This document shows positions 1 through 12,888 of a DNA stretch of 64,000 bases, one piece after another. Location of the stretch: positions 17,422,001-17,486,000 of the forward strand of contig NC_073384.1 of the NCBI RefSeq assembly GCF_028641065.1, in the 5' to 3' direction. Each line of letters begins with the position of its first letter. Positions within the stretch are counted from its first letter, which is position 1. The stretch is from Leucoraja erinacea (taxonomy: Eukaryota). The translations under genes were made by a program, and so were the position numbers. The notes beneath the pieces were generated by a model that had not been told where the DNA came from, made no database searches, and was given only the letters and a program-made list of their open reading frames with translations.

Positions 1-520
1 TGGCTATTCACCTATCTATGCTCATCATGATTTTATAAACCTCTATATTATCACCCCTCAGGCTCCTGGGCTCCAGGGAAAAAAAACTCAGCCTAATCAA
101 CCTCTCCTTATAACACAAACCCTCCAGCACTGAAAACTAGTCCTTCAGCCCGACCTGTACAAGTTGACTGTTGCCCAATCGAGCTGAACCCACTTACCTG
201 TGTTTGGTCCATATCCCTCCAAACCTTTTTTTATCCATGTATCTGTCCATGTCTTTTAAATATCATGAAACCTGCCTCTACCACTTCCTCTGGCAACTTG
301 TTGCATAAACTAACCCTGTGTGAAAGTGTTGCCTCTCGGTCCTTTTATACTCTAGTTTTATACTCCCCTACCCTGGGGGAAAGACTGGCTATTCACCTTA
401 CCTATGAGCCTCGTGATTTTGTAAACCTCTAGAAGATCACTCCTCTACGCTCTAGGGGGAAAAACACCCAGCTTATTATGGCTCTCCTTGTAACTCAAAC
501 TGGTAACATCTTTGTACTTT
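1..520 (-). mobile_element. Degenerate CR1 3' fragments (similar short or old pieces at about 8985-9230 +, 18385-18700 -, 24215-24840 +, 26000-26320 +, 34770-35380 +, 45460-45900 +)
   Basis: Recognisable but diverged matches to the CR1 copies elsewhere in the window. Confidence 0.7.
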
Positions 521-1597
521 TTTTAGGCTTTCTTGGTAGTCCTTAACCAACATTGACAATGCTGGCTTTCTGCCCTCACTAGGAAATGGCTCTGTGAAGA
601 AGAGGAACAGAAAGGTTCTGCTCTCATTGAAACAGAAGTAGCAGGCAAGCACTAGTGACAGTCAGGAGCTCGATACCATCCAAGACAGAGCATGAGAAGG
701 CCATCTGACCCCTCAAACATGCTCCACCATTCAATCACAGCTGACCTGCCCCAGACCTCATCTGTGCCATTGTCCCATCATCATTAATTATCCAAATTAA
801 CACAACGTTTGCCTGCTCTTCTTTAAATACCATGGTTGACCTCATCGGAGACAGAGAATCCCAGAAATTCACCAACTAGAAATTGCAATCGAGAGACTTT
901 TGTATTACAGGGTGGGGATTCACTGGGACTGGGCAAGGAAATGGAGCTGATGACAAAATCGATCACCGTAGCCTGATGATCCACTCTCTTCCTGTTCCTT
1001 GAGTGCTCGCTCTGTGCATCTCTCTCAATGGTGACAAGATCCGAACTGTCCACTCTGGGGCGAGAACCTCACTCCAGTGCAGGGTTGGGTGGGCATACCG
1101 CACGATGGACCGTTTTAATTCCCTCTTCTCCCTTCCTCTTAATATAAGTGGTTGCACGTCTAACCCTCATATCTGGGAAAGAGTGGTGAGGAATCTGCCT
1201 GGTAATGGCTTCAGCTGCATTACTTATCTGAGTGTTCGCTACTCACTAAAGGCAAATTAATGGTGGCATCAGAGATCATGACTCTCCCATTATGCCTCTC
1301 CAGCTCTCCAACATCCCACCCGCTCTCCCCACCCACTCTTACAAACTGCCTTCATGTTGACTTCAAGCCCCATTTCACCCCTTTCAAACGCCCCCCACTC
1401 ACCTTATCCTCTCCCCTGCTCCAACATCTGACTTCTCCCAGGTCAATTTCTCCCATCCCTCCAAACACACCCTGCCCATTGCCACCCTTTTTGTCAATGT
1501 ACTGTCACATCGTCCTGGGAACCCCTCCAAATTCTGCTCCTTAACCCTAATCTGGTGTGAACTGGCGAGGCAGAACAGGATTGGAAGTGTTACTCAC

Positions 1598-1690
1598 ATT
1601 GCAAGAGGTCCTCCCGTCTCTGTGCTTCAGGGAGCAGTGGCTCCTCATGGGAGATGCTGGCCGAAGGGCTCAGAATAGGTTCTTCATCAT
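1598..1690 (-). CDS. TRIM exon 5 (pre-PRY exon); terminal PRY-SPRY exon expected beyond the left window edge
   Basis: GCCATAG|AT acceptor, CAAT|GTGAGT donor. 93 nt, phase 1-1, in frame with exon 4. Encodes DDEEPILSPSASISHEEPLLPEAQRREDLLQ; the end resembles the P-x-T-R-E-E-F-L-Q-Y motif before B30.2 in finTRIM/TRIM25-like genes. Confidence 0.8.
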
Positions 1691-1901
1691 CTATGGCAGA
1701 AGATAAACAGATAAACATGTAACAGGATTTTGATTACGGATCTTCCCCAGGTTACGACAGCATTCAGCTTCAGTTCGCAAATGGGAAATATGACCACCTC
1801 GCAATATAAACACGAAGTGCTGAGGTAACTCAGCGGGTCAAGCAGCATCTCTGGAGAAAAAGGATTGGTGACGTCTCAGATTGGGACCCTTCTTCAGACT
1901 T

Positions 1902-2229
1902 GAAATGAAATGAAATGAAATGAAATGAAATGAAATGAAATGAAATGAAAAAAAATGAAATGAAATGATTCAATTTATTGTCATTGTCAGTGTACAGTAC
2001 AGAGACAACGAAATGCATTTTTAGCATCTCCCTTGAAAGGGAGACACAGGGCGTCGCGGTGTGCCCGCGCCTGCCGCCGTAACATTCCATTACAGGCAAA
2101 GGTGGGTGAAGTGTCTTGCCCAAGGACACAACGACAGTATGCACTCCAAGCGGGATTTGAACTGGCTACCTTCCGGTCACCAGCCGAACTCTTAGCCCAT
2201 TGTGCTATCTGTCGTTGTTGCTCTTGCAT
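1902..2229 (-). mobile_element. tRNA-derived SINE with CORE-like body and Rex1-type 3' tail, ending in (TTTCA)n
   Basis: A-box TAGCACAATGG, B-box GTTCAAATCC, central TGTCCTTGGGCAAGACACTTCACCC. The 3' ~70 nt match the Rex1 tail at 25761-25833. Confidence 0.8.
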
Positions 2230-3910
2230 CTAGAGATGCCGCTTGACCCGCTGAGTTACCTCAGCACTTTGTGTCTATCTTCAGTAAGTACCAACATCCG
2301 CACTTCCTTTTTACACACCTCGCAATATATTGAAGTAAAAATATAGGGCAACCAAGAGCAACATGTATTGAAACCAGGGCGTTTAACCATTCAGACTCCT
2401 CTGCCAGATGCAATAATAGTGCACAAACCACAGAAGCTTGCAGCTCGCAGCAGCCAGCAAATCCATCCTTGCAGGTCGCACATACGTTTAGTGAATGCTC
2501 ATAACTTTGGGTGGAACTGCAATTTACACCCCTAGGACAGAGACAGCACGGATCAGACAGAGTAATGATCTCTCTACTCAGGGTCACTCTTGTCTGAGTG
2601 ATTCAAGTCCAAATTTGATTCACTGAGAAATACTGAAGGGAAAAAAATCAATAACAAGCAATGTTGAAGTCTGGATATACCCTTAATTCAACGTGGAATC
2701 ATTAAACCCAGACCGAAATGCAGAGAGAGTCAACTTTCCCAGATTCAGAAGAAAAAGTGCAGAAATTTAACTGATCAACCAAAAAAAAAATCATAGCTAG
2801 AGGAAATCAGTGGGTCAGGCAGCATCTGTGGAGGGAAATGCGCAGACAACATTTAGGGTCATGATCCTTTTCAGATTGATGTCGGAGAGAGAACTTCCTT
2901 AACGTGGGCATATATTGAGGAGATTTTGTAGTGGGCAGTAAAATGGAGACACAATAGACTGTAGATGCTGGTATCTTGAGCACAAATCTGTGTTGGAGGA
3001 ACTCAGTGGACCAAACAGCATCCGTGAAGGGAAATGGATGGTCAATGTTTCAGATTAGGACCTCTCTTCAAACTGAGCAAATAAATAAGTGGAGAAAGTG
3101 TAAGTTCCTCCAAAACATTTTTTCTTACGATTCCAACATCTGTTCCCTCTTGTGTCTCTATTTGTCTACTCCGCTGTGACATCTCCTCACAGTACCTTGC
3201 CATCACCGAATAGAAAATCACTGAACAAAACAAACTTTTAAAAGTTTTAAGGCAACTTCACTACCTATCTAGAAACCAGGGTTAAGCTGGAATCATTTCC
3301 TGCAGGTATTGGTTTATCATTGGCACATGTACCAAGATAGAGTGGAAAAACCTTGTTTGCATGCTATCCAGGCATGCATGAGTAAAGGTTGGTTACTGCC
3401 TTATCCTGATGAATGCCCAAGCAGCCAGTACTCCTGAACCAGCCTCAAACATCAAAAGAGATTGGGGAATTGGTAAGGAAGCCTCTTTTGAATCCTTTCC
3501 CCAAACTCAGACCGAAGCAGTGAGAAAGGGAAGATGCACACCACCACCACCACACCAAATGGCCAGATTCCTGTGATGATGGTCTCCTAATCGGTGCACT
3601 CCTCCTATCCAGTGGCATTTCTACCAGTTCTGATGAAGGATTGCTGACCTAAAATATTAACTGTTTCTCCTTCCATAGGTGATTTTTGACTAGCTGAGCT
3701 TTTCCAGCATTTTGGAATTGTTGACGTCTCCTCTAGTTGGTGCCCCGAGGTTGAAGAGCAGTCAATGACTGATAGAGAGCTCCCAGTATAAGATCCAATG
3801 TACAATCAGCAGTTTAGGACATATGGGGCATGCTCAGTTTTCACCTAACCCTCATCAATGTGGTCGACATACCTTGTTCAAGATCTCAATGGGTGCTTTG
3901 GTTTACTGAC

Positions 3911-4082
3911 CTGCTGAGCCAATGTTCTCCAGGTTCTTAGTCCAGGCAGTTTGCACATGGTCTTTAATCAGAGTGGAGAGTCCAGAGACAGCTCTCTCCA
4001 CCTTGCCAAGTTTAGCTTCCAGGCCAGTTGTTAAAGGGGGTGAGGCAGGATTCTCCGCAATGTCGTTAAAATCCAGATACTC
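3911..4082 (-). CDS. TRIM exon 4 (linker)
   Basis: ATTCTCAG|GAG acceptor, GCAG|GTCAGT donor. 172 nt, phase 0-1, open frame EYLDFNDIAENPASPPLTTGLEAKLGKVERAVSGLSTLIKDHVQTAWTKNLENIGSA. Confidence 0.8.
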
Positions 4083-4644
4083 CTGAGAATGATAAATGGA
4101 CAGGAAATGGTAACATAAAACCAAACTTTTCCCTCGATAATCCGATTACATGCAGAAAATGCGGATAACAAACTCTGTGTGTCAAGATTGTGCTGAACTT
4201 AATTGTACCACAAACTGCTGCAATTACCACAGCCAATTGCCACAACAAAATCAAAAAACGCTCAGCAGTTGAGTAATGAGGGAAATTAGAGAGAGACAGA
4301 GCGAGAAACAAATCAGTTGTCAGGCGACAAAAAGTTGTCAAGTGCAGGTCAGAGCTGAAGAAAATGCAGAGCAGGTGAGAGCATTTTCTACGCCATTAGG
4401 GAGCGGAGAAAGTAAAACAGTTGAAAGTACAGGGACAGGTGAATAACATACAGCAGAATGGGTTAGCTGCCTGAAGTTACCGAACTGTATATCAAATCCA
4501 ATATGCTGCAATATGCTCAGCTGGATGACAATGTGCTGTTCCTCATTCTGGGGCAAAGACATTAGTCAAAAGAAATGAGCATGGCAACATCTTTTCAAGA
4601 CACTGCATGACCGGCTGTGTGTTTTAAGCAGTTTCAGTCCTTCC

Positions 4645-5620
4645 AGGCCCCAGTTATTTATAATATATATTAACGATTTAGACGAGGGAATTGAATGTGA
4701 CATCGCCAAGTTTGCAGATGACGCAAAGCTGGATGACAGTGTGAGCTGCGATGAGGATGCTATGAGGCTGCAGGGTGACTTGGATAGGTTGGGTAAGTGA
4801 GCAGATGCCTGGCAGATGCAGTATAAGGTGGATAGATGTGAGGTTATCCACTTTGGTGGAAAGAACAGCAAATTATTATCTGAATGGTGTCATATTAGGA
4901 AAAGGGGAGGTGCAACGAGACCTGGGTGTGCGTGTACATCAGTCACTAAAAGTAAGCATGCAGGTACAGCAGGCAGTGAAGAAAGCTAATGACATGCGTG
5001 CCTTCATTGCGAGTGCATTTGAGTTTAGGAGCAAGTAGGTCCTACTGCAGTTGTACAGGACCCTGGTGAGACTGCACCTGGAGTATTGTGTGCAATTTTG
5101 CTCTCCTAATTTGAGGAAGGACATTATTGCTATTGAGCGAGTGCAGCGTAGGTTCACCAGGTTAATTCCTGGGATGGCGGGGCTGACATATGATGAAAGA
5201 ATGGGTCGACTGGGCTTGTATTCTTTGGAATTTAGAAGAGTGAGAGGGGATCTTATAGAAACATATAACATTCTTAAAGGATTAGATAGGCTAAATGCAG
5301 GAAAAATGTTCCCATGTTGGGGGAGTCCAGAACCAGGGGTCACAGTTCAAGAATAATGGGTAGGCCATTTAGGACTGAGATGAGGAAAAACTTCTTCACG
5401 CAGAGAGTTGTGAATCTGTGGAATTCTCACAGTAGGCAGTGTAGGTCAATTCACTGGATGTTTTCAAGAGAGAGGTAGATTTAGTTCATCAGGCTAAAGG
5501 AATCAAGGGATATGCGGAAAAGGCAGGAACGGGGTACTGATTTTAGATGATCAGCCATGATCATATTGAATGGCGGTGCTGGCTCGAAGGACCGAATTGC
5601 CTACTCCTGCAACTATTTTT
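4645..5620 (+). mobile_element. CR1 LINE 3' fragment
   Basis: KFADD...HLEYCVQF...RGDLIETY plus the conserved 3'UTR. Confidence 0.92.
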
Positions 5621-6040
5621 CTGGTTCTATATTACTTCCGATTTCCAGTATCTGCATATTTTTGATTGTCGTGTAACGTACTAGAGTTGTCATTGGTGGG
5701 TCTGCACTGTAGTGAGGGATCGACACACACTCAGTGGCCCAATGAGTCCGATGAAGGATCCTGACTTGAAACGTCGCCTGTCCATTCCCTCCACTGATGT
5801 TGCCTGACATTGAGTTCTTCCAGCACTTTGTGTTTTGCTCAAGATTCCAGCATCTCAGTTTCTTGTGTCTCCCTGTGGCTCATTATTGTACATGTGTGGA
5901 ATAGATTCCTGCGTGCCCCTGTCTGAGGGTCTGCATGCAAGAGAGACTGCAACTGAGCATACATGCACTCTGGTTACAATAACATTTTTCCTGACACGAT
6001 CTGGCTTTGCAAAATCCTCTAAACCTTCCTCGAAGGTAAA

Positions 6041-6266
6041 TGCCCCTGTCCCACTTAGGAAACCTGAACGGAAACCTCTGGAGACTTTGCGACCCACCGA
6101 AGGTTTCCGTGCGGTTCCCGGAGGTTGCAGGTGATTGCCGGAGGTTGCAGGTAGTGGAAGCAGGTAGGGAGACTGTCAAAAACCTCCGGGAACCGCACGG
6201 AAACCTTGGGTGGGGCGCAAAGTCTCCAGAGGTTTCCGTTCAGGTTTCCTAAGTGGGACAGGGGCA
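6041..6266. mobile_element. Palindromic MITE (Harbinger/PIF-like)
   Basis: TIRs TGCCCCTGTCCCACTTAGGAAACC...GGTTTCCTAAGTGGGACAGGGGCA with about 80-bp near-perfect arms and A/T flanks. Second copy at 58646. Confidence 0.85.
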
Positions 6267-8097
6267 TAAAGGGCAGGACACTACACTCTAGGTCTCCCAG
6301 ACAGTGGTGAAAATTGCTCTCCTACCCACATCCAAGAACTAGACTACCTACAGCTGGCACCTCAAGACAATGGAAAAATCTCAGGAACAGTCTTTGCAAA
6401 AATCCTCCAAATTCACCAGAAAAAGAAGCAAACTGATGTCTGTGTCCTTTGTCCATCAATGCTGAGGCTGTAATTATGCTCAATCAGTCATTGTGGACAA
6501 TCCATTCATTCAAATGTCCAAGTTCAGACTCCTGGAGCAGACTCCCTAGAGTTGTCAGCTTGGAAAATATTCCCAGGCGAACAAAGAAAAAGGTTCAAGG
6601 ATGCGGTGGATGTCTCTTTGTAGGGTGGCACGGTGGCACAGCCGAACACCACCAAAGACCTGGGTTCGATCCTGACTATTGATTGTATGGCATTTGTACG
6701 TTCTCCCTGTGACCTGCATGAGTTTTCTCCGGGTGCTCCGGTTTCCTCCCACTCTCCAAAGACGTACAGGTTTGTAGGTTAATTGGCTGGGTAAAATTTT
6801 AAATTGTCCCTAGCGTGTAGGATATCGTTAGTGTGCGGGGATCGCTAGTGGGCTGAAGGGCCTGTTTCTGCGCTGTATCTCCAAACAAAACCAAACTAAA
6901 TTGAAATGCAACTTCCCAACTAATTCCTGGGATTCCCTGTCCCACAACAGTTAAAGTGGAGGAGGAGGTTTGGCAATGGAATCTGCACCGTTAAGTATGC
7001 AAACGCAAGCACTTCGTTAAATCTCTCGGTATGCACATATTTGAGTGTGCCTGTGTTTTGAGCGTGTGCCTAGGCATGTGTGTGGGTGCGTTCATTTGAG
7101 TGTGTACAGTCTACCCTCGATATTATAGACCTCTTTGCAATAGTTTTCGGATATAATGGGTGTAGCATCCCCACAGTAATTCAATTCAATTCAACTTTAA
7201 TGTCATCGCACAAATACAAGTATGAGTACAACGAAATGCAGTTTTGCGTCAGTCCGTAGTAGTTGTGCATAAAGAAATTTTAAAAAAAGAGAGATGATAC
7301 AGAATTATCAAAAAATACAGAATAATTAAACAATGGGGACGGAGGACACTTCTTTCTCTTTAAGAACATAGGCTGTTAGTTACATGGTGGGAGATCATTG
7401 AAATTGACATGCAATTGCCTTGATCAACATTTAGCTTAATTTAAGAAGATAGACACAAAGTGCTGGAGTACCTCACCAAATCAGGCAGCATCTCTGAAGA
7501 AAAAGCATGGGTGACGATTCGGGTTGGGAGCCTTCTTCACTTTAGATCCGCGTGGAAACAGGCCCTTCGGCCCACGAAATCCACACCGACTAATGAACAC
7601 TTGTACACTATTTTTAATCTACTCTTAACACACTAGGGACTAGTTTTAATCTAATCTTAACACACTAGGGACAATTTACAGAGGCCAATTAACCTACAAA
7701 CCTGCACGTCTTTGGAATGTGGGAGAAACCCAAGCAGTCACAATGTGAACATACAAACTCCATACAGCGCTGTAAGGCAGCAAATACACCGCTGCGCCAC
7801 AATACTGCCCCACAGTGGCACAGTGCACAAAGATATTATTAAACCATGTAATAAATTGTATTAATATTTTATATTCATAGTTTTATATTAATATTAATAT
7901 TTTTAACTTGCAGTAACAAAAATACATTTTAGCTGTTAAAAAGACCATTGCATTTGAAAGCAACTCATTGTTTTATGGAGTGACTACTAGGTGCTTGGAG
8001 CGAATCCCTCACTCGGTTATAGTGGACAATTGGCAATAACAAACACCATTCTCCTCCCCCCCCCCCTCCCCCACCCAATCAGCCCTGGCGCTCTCAC

Positions 8098-8331
8098 CTG
8101 CGAGATGGCGATGCTGTCTTCAATCTGGGACAGGGCCTCCAGCCGCACCTTCTCCTGCCTCAGCTCCGACCACCTCTGCTCCAGCTCCTTCCTGACCCGC
8201 TCGGCCCGGTTCAGCTCCGCCTGCCGCTCCCGCTCAATGAACCCCAGCACCTCTCTCTGTGCCACCTGCACGGCACCGATCAGCTCGCTGAACTTGGCCA
8301 AGGCATCGCCCTTCACCCGCTGGGTGGATTC
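8098..8331 (-). CDS. TRIM exon 3 (234-nt coiled-coil exon)
   Basis: TTCCTGCAG|GAA acceptor, CAG|GTGAGA donor. Encodes ESTQRVKGDALAKFSELIGAVQVAQREVLGFIERERQAELNRAERVRKELEQRWSELRQEKVRLEALSQIEDSIAISQ. Phase 0-0, typical size. Confidence 0.92.
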
Positions 8332-9440
8332 CTGCAGGAAACGGCAGAGTTAACGTCCAATGTCGAGAGCTGGCCCGAGTTTGGCACTGGGTCAGGCACT
8401 TTAGTGCCGACCAGCGATCCCCGCATATTAACACTACTCTATACACACTACAGATACTTATACCAAGCCAATTAACCAACAAATCTCTACGTCTTTGGAG
8501 TGTTGGAGCAAACCGAAGATCTCTGAGAAAACCCAACGAGAACATACAAACTCTGTACAGACAAGCACCCGTAGTCAGTATCGAACCCGGGCCTCTGGCG
8601 CTGTAAGGCAGTAGCTCTACCGCTAGGCCACTGTGCCGCAATGAAGATAAGTTTGTGCCCACTGGTTTTCAGGCTATGGCCTCTCCCTGGCCATGAGAAG
8701 CAAGTTGCCGGGGGAGAGGGTCTATGACTTGGCCTTTCCCATGGTCTCTCCTCCACACACCCCCAGGTGTGAGCAACATCTGTGAGAGTGAAATTAATTG
8801 TCCATGTTGCGGGTCAAGTTCTCATCTCACTGGAGGAAGATGCAGAGCCTGAGAACCATTATCTCCAGATGCAAGAACAGCTTCTTTCCATTAATCACCC
8901 AGCTTTTGAACCAGCCTGCACAACCCAAACCACAACCCCACCTCAGAACAGAACTATGAGTTCAGAACTCCTTAGTCAGTGGGTGGTGATCTTCGGTCAG
9001 AGGGTGGTGAATCTGTCGAATTCTTTGCCACAGAAGGCTGTGGAGGCCGTCAGTGGATATTTTTAAGGCAGAGATAGATAGATTCTTGATTAATACAAGT
9101 GGCAGAGGTTATGGGGAAATGGCAGGAGAATAGAGTTCGGAGGGAGAGATTGATCAGTCATGGTTGAATGGTGGAGCAGACTTGATGGGCTGAATAGCCT
9201 AATTCTACTCCTATCACGTATGACATTAGACTTTGTATAAGGTCACACTATGTCCTTCAGCTTGCACTATTACTGTTTTATTACCTTGTATAACTGATAA
9301 TTGAGTGTATATTTATTTGTTGTGTTAATGTGCCTGTAAAGCCTGCAGCAAGTGAGAATGTCATTGTTCTATTCCTGGTGCATATGACATTTAAATGCTC
9401 TTGACTTGAGTTATTTACATTCACTGTACTGGACACTCAC

Positions 9441-9536
9441 CTTGATACAATCAATGTTTTGAATCCACTTTCCAATCTCATTGGCTGTGATCTGTAAATG
9501 TTCCTCTAATTCCTTCTTCCGTTCCATGATCAGCTT
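9441..9536 (-). CDS. TRIM exon 2 (96-nt coiled-coil exon)
   Basis: TGTGCAG|AAG acceptor, AAG|GTGAGT donor. Encodes KLIMERKKELEEHLQITANEIGKWIQNIDCIK. A 96-nt phase 0-0 exon is the characteristic second exon of this TRIM class. Confidence 0.9.
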
Positions 9537-9774
9537 CTGCACATAATTAAAATTAAACACTGTCTGTAAACAAACTAACCACCCTCTCCCCTCCATTCAA
9601 AGGTGACCCACTCATCAAAACCACCTCACTCCACACCACACCACAGAAAAATCTCCCCCCTCCCACTTCGGGAAAGAAACTTGGCTTCTTCCCACAGCCA
9701 TTCAAGCCATTCTGTACCAGTGAAACCCAAGTCTCACGTGTGTTTGAAATGATCGCTAGGAGATATCACAAAGC

Positions 9775-10130
9775 CACCAGCATAATCGAAAACGAGTCAC
9801 ACCCTGGCTGCTCCCTCTTCTCCCCTCAGGCAAAAGGCAAAGAAGTGTGAAAACGAACTCCAGGTTTAGGCACAGTTTCTTCCCAGCTGTTGTCAGGCAA
9901 CGGAACCATCCTACCAACAACTAGAGAGCGGTCCTGAAGTACTATCTACCTCATTGGAGACCCTCAGACTTTCTTTAATCTGACTTTACTGGACTTTATC
10001 TATCACTAAACGTTATTCATGTTATTCCTTTATCATGTATCTGTACACTGCCGATGGCTTGATTGTAATCATGTATTGTCTTCCTGCTGACTGTTTGGCA
10101 CGTAATGAAAGCTTTTCACTGTACCTCTGT
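9775..10130 (+). mobile_element. Rex1-like LINE 3' end remnant (related tails at about 12340-12495 -, 38100-38385 +, 48590-48860 -)
   Basis: Degenerate HPG...RFRHSFFPAVVRQ terminus and a shared 3'UTR (GATTGTAATCATGTA...GCTTTTCACTGTACCT). Confidence 0.55.
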
Positions 10131-11049
10131 ACCACCAGTCCTGGGCTTTAGAGACAGAGAGGGTTCCATGGATGTAAGGTGGTTCTAAACATCGGCTGGC
10201 TGGTTTGCATTTCTACCTCCAAGCTACCTACTCACCTCTAACTTCCATGTGAGTCTGACTACTGCACAGACATAAGTGTGGCATAAGAAATCCCACTGTG
10301 CTGTGGTTGCAGAAGTGGACATCTAAATCTTCCCAAACCATCCCTCTCAGAGTTGAGGCTGATGACCGATCAAACCAGAATGCACTTTCTTGCAAAAATA
10401 GTTGCTATTAAGGTTTCAATAAATCTTACATCCATCCCTGACCTTTGATCCTGACCCAAATCTACACTCCAATTCCAATACTGTCTCGCAAGCAAACTGA
10501 CCCCACCTACATCTTGCCATTCAATGGTGTCCACCCATCAAAACCAAAGTTAGTCCACATCATGCTATTTGCCTTCCAGTGTCCAGCCCAGTTCTCTCTC
10601 CACTTTCAGGTCCAGCCATATCTATACTCTCCCAAACAACAGCCCATCTACTAACTCCCCACCCTACTCCACTCCAACCTTGCTGCCCAAGATTGGACCT
10701 AAATCTCCAGTCTCCGAGCCCCATGTCTGTCTACCTGATTCCTTGGCACAATTCCCAGCCACTGATTCCACTTCTCCCCCCCAACAAACCTCGGCTTTGC
10801 CCCACTTATCACCTCGGGGTCTGCATCATGCCCTCCTCTCACCATGTGCAAATCTCTCTGACTGCTCCTCCCCCTGGGGACATAACAGACACCATGCCCC
10901 TCTCCCAGACCGAGATCCTCTCCACACTCATTCCCCCACCCTCAAAGCCCACAACATTTATCTCCCCATATCCTTGAATTGCACACTCCAACCCTCTCCT
11001 GCTGCTCTTATCCCCCAGATCCCCTCTCCACCTCCCATGCTCATATTCC

Positions 11050-11740
11050 ACACTCCCTTGAAAGTAAGCATGCAGGTACAGCAGGCAGTGAAGAAAGCTA
11101 ATGGCATGTTGGCTTTTATAACAGGAAGAGTCATATAGGAGCAAAGAGATCCTTCTGCAGTTGTTCAGAGCCCTAGTGAGACCACACCTGGAGTATTGTG
11201 TACAGTTTTAGTCCCCTAATTTGAGGAAAGACATCCTTGCTATTGAGGGTAGGTTTACAAGGTTAATTCCCAGGATGACGGGACTGTCATATGCTGAGAG
11301 AATGGAGTGGCTGGGCTTGCACAATCTGGGGTTTAGAAGGATGAGAAGGTATTTTATTGAAACATATAAGGTTGTTAATGGTTTGGACACGCTAGAGGCA
11401 GGAAACATGTTCCCGATGTTGGGGGAGTCCAGAACCAGGGGCCACAGCTTAAGAATAAGAGGTAAGCCATTTAGAACTGAGACGAGGAAACAAGTTTTCT
11501 CAGAGAGTTGGGAGTCTGTGGAATTCTCTGCCTCAGAGGGCAGTGGAGGCAGGTTCTATGGATGCTTTCAATAGAGAGCTAGATAGGGTACTAAAGGATA
11601 GGGCTCTTAAAGATAGCGGGGTCAGGGGATATGGGGAGAAGTCAGGAAAGGGGTACTGATTGGGGATGATCAGCCATGATCACATTGAATGGTGGTGCTG
11701 GCTCGAAGGGCCGAATGGCCTACTCCTGCACCTATTGTCT
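11050..11740 (+). mobile_element. CR1 LINE 3' fragment
   Basis: LKVSMQVQQAVKKANGML through to 3'UTR GGGCCGAATGGCCTACTCCTGC. Confidence 0.9.
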
Positions 11741-12552
11741 TTTATCCCTACCTTCTCCCCATCCTCCTCTGTACCTAATGCCCCAGATCCCCCTCCCCTC
11801 CCTTGGACTCTACCCACCCACATTCTACCCTCCCTCCCTCCTCCTGGGGTAACACTACCCTCATACCTCTCCCCACCTCCTGGTATCCTATTCCACGGCC
11901 CGTCACCCTCTTCCCCACCACTTCAAACCTCACCCCTCCATCCTGATACACTACAAGCTCAGATCACCTCCAGAGAAATCACTTCTCTCTGTCCTCGGAT
12001 GCCCACATCCTTTCCCTTCTCTCTTCCTGGGACCAGAATTAGGCCATTCGGCCCATCGAGTCTTCTCCGCCGCCTAGTAGTCTATTTTCCCCCTCAACCC
12101 CATTCTCCTGTTCAGTCGCTCTCCCTTCTTGATTGTTTTGAAAGATGCAGCATCTCTCTCTCTTGCTGGGACTCGTCCTTAGAGCTTCCTTCATTTCTCT
12201 CCGCTCAACCTTATCCATCCCGCCCCCAATTCCGACCTCCTCCCACCTCATCCCCATCTCCAGATCCTCCCAACCTCCACCTCTGCTCCATCCCCATTCC
12301 CTCCCACTCTCCGCCCCATCCCTATCTCCACCAAAGGCGATAGAGCTTTCATTACGCGCTAACCAGTCAGCAGGGAGACAATATATGATTACAATCAAGC
12401 CGTCCACAGTGTCCGCCTCCTCCTCGGTGCGACACGATAAAGGAATAACATGAATAACGTTTAGTGAAAGACAGTCAGTAAAGTCCGATCATCTTTGATC
12501 TCCACGTCCTCCGACCCTCCCCTATCTATCCCCATCTCCAGATCCTCCCAGG

Positions 12553-12733
12553 TACACAAAAATGCTGGAGAAACTCAGCGGGTGCAGCGGCATCTATGGA
12601 GCGAAGGAGATAAGCAACGTTTCGGCCCGAAACGTTGCATATCTCCATCGCTCCATAGATGCTGCTGCACCCGCTGAGCTTCTCCAGCATTTTTGTGCAC
12701 CTTAATTTTCCAGCATCTGCAGTTCCTTCTTAA
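12553..12733. repeat. Penelope/MER6-related palindromic dispersed repeat (also at about 1808-2318, 2790-3165, 5645-5870, 20850-20970, 27690-27885, 32025-32200, 36860-37050, 41770-41950)
   Basis: Inverted arms CACAAAAATGCTGGAGAAACTCAGCGGGTGCAGC ... GCTGCACCCGCTGAGCTTCTCCAGCATTTTTGTG recur in many copies. Confidence 0.7.
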
Positions 12734-12888
12734 ACTCCCCATCCCCTCCTACTCTCCACTCCGCCCCATCCGTATCGCCAACAACTCCCACCTTCACCCC
12801 CATTCTCAGATCCTCCCACCCTCCAGATATGTCCACATCCCCATGTCCAGATCCTCCATCTCCCTCCGCCCCCAACCCCGGGCCGTAC

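Noticed and set aside
1-1590. Search for the TRIM PRY-SPRY exon
   Set aside because: No LDPxTA or WEVE-type motifs seen. The region is CR1 remnants and low-complexity DNA, so the exon is probably outside the window.
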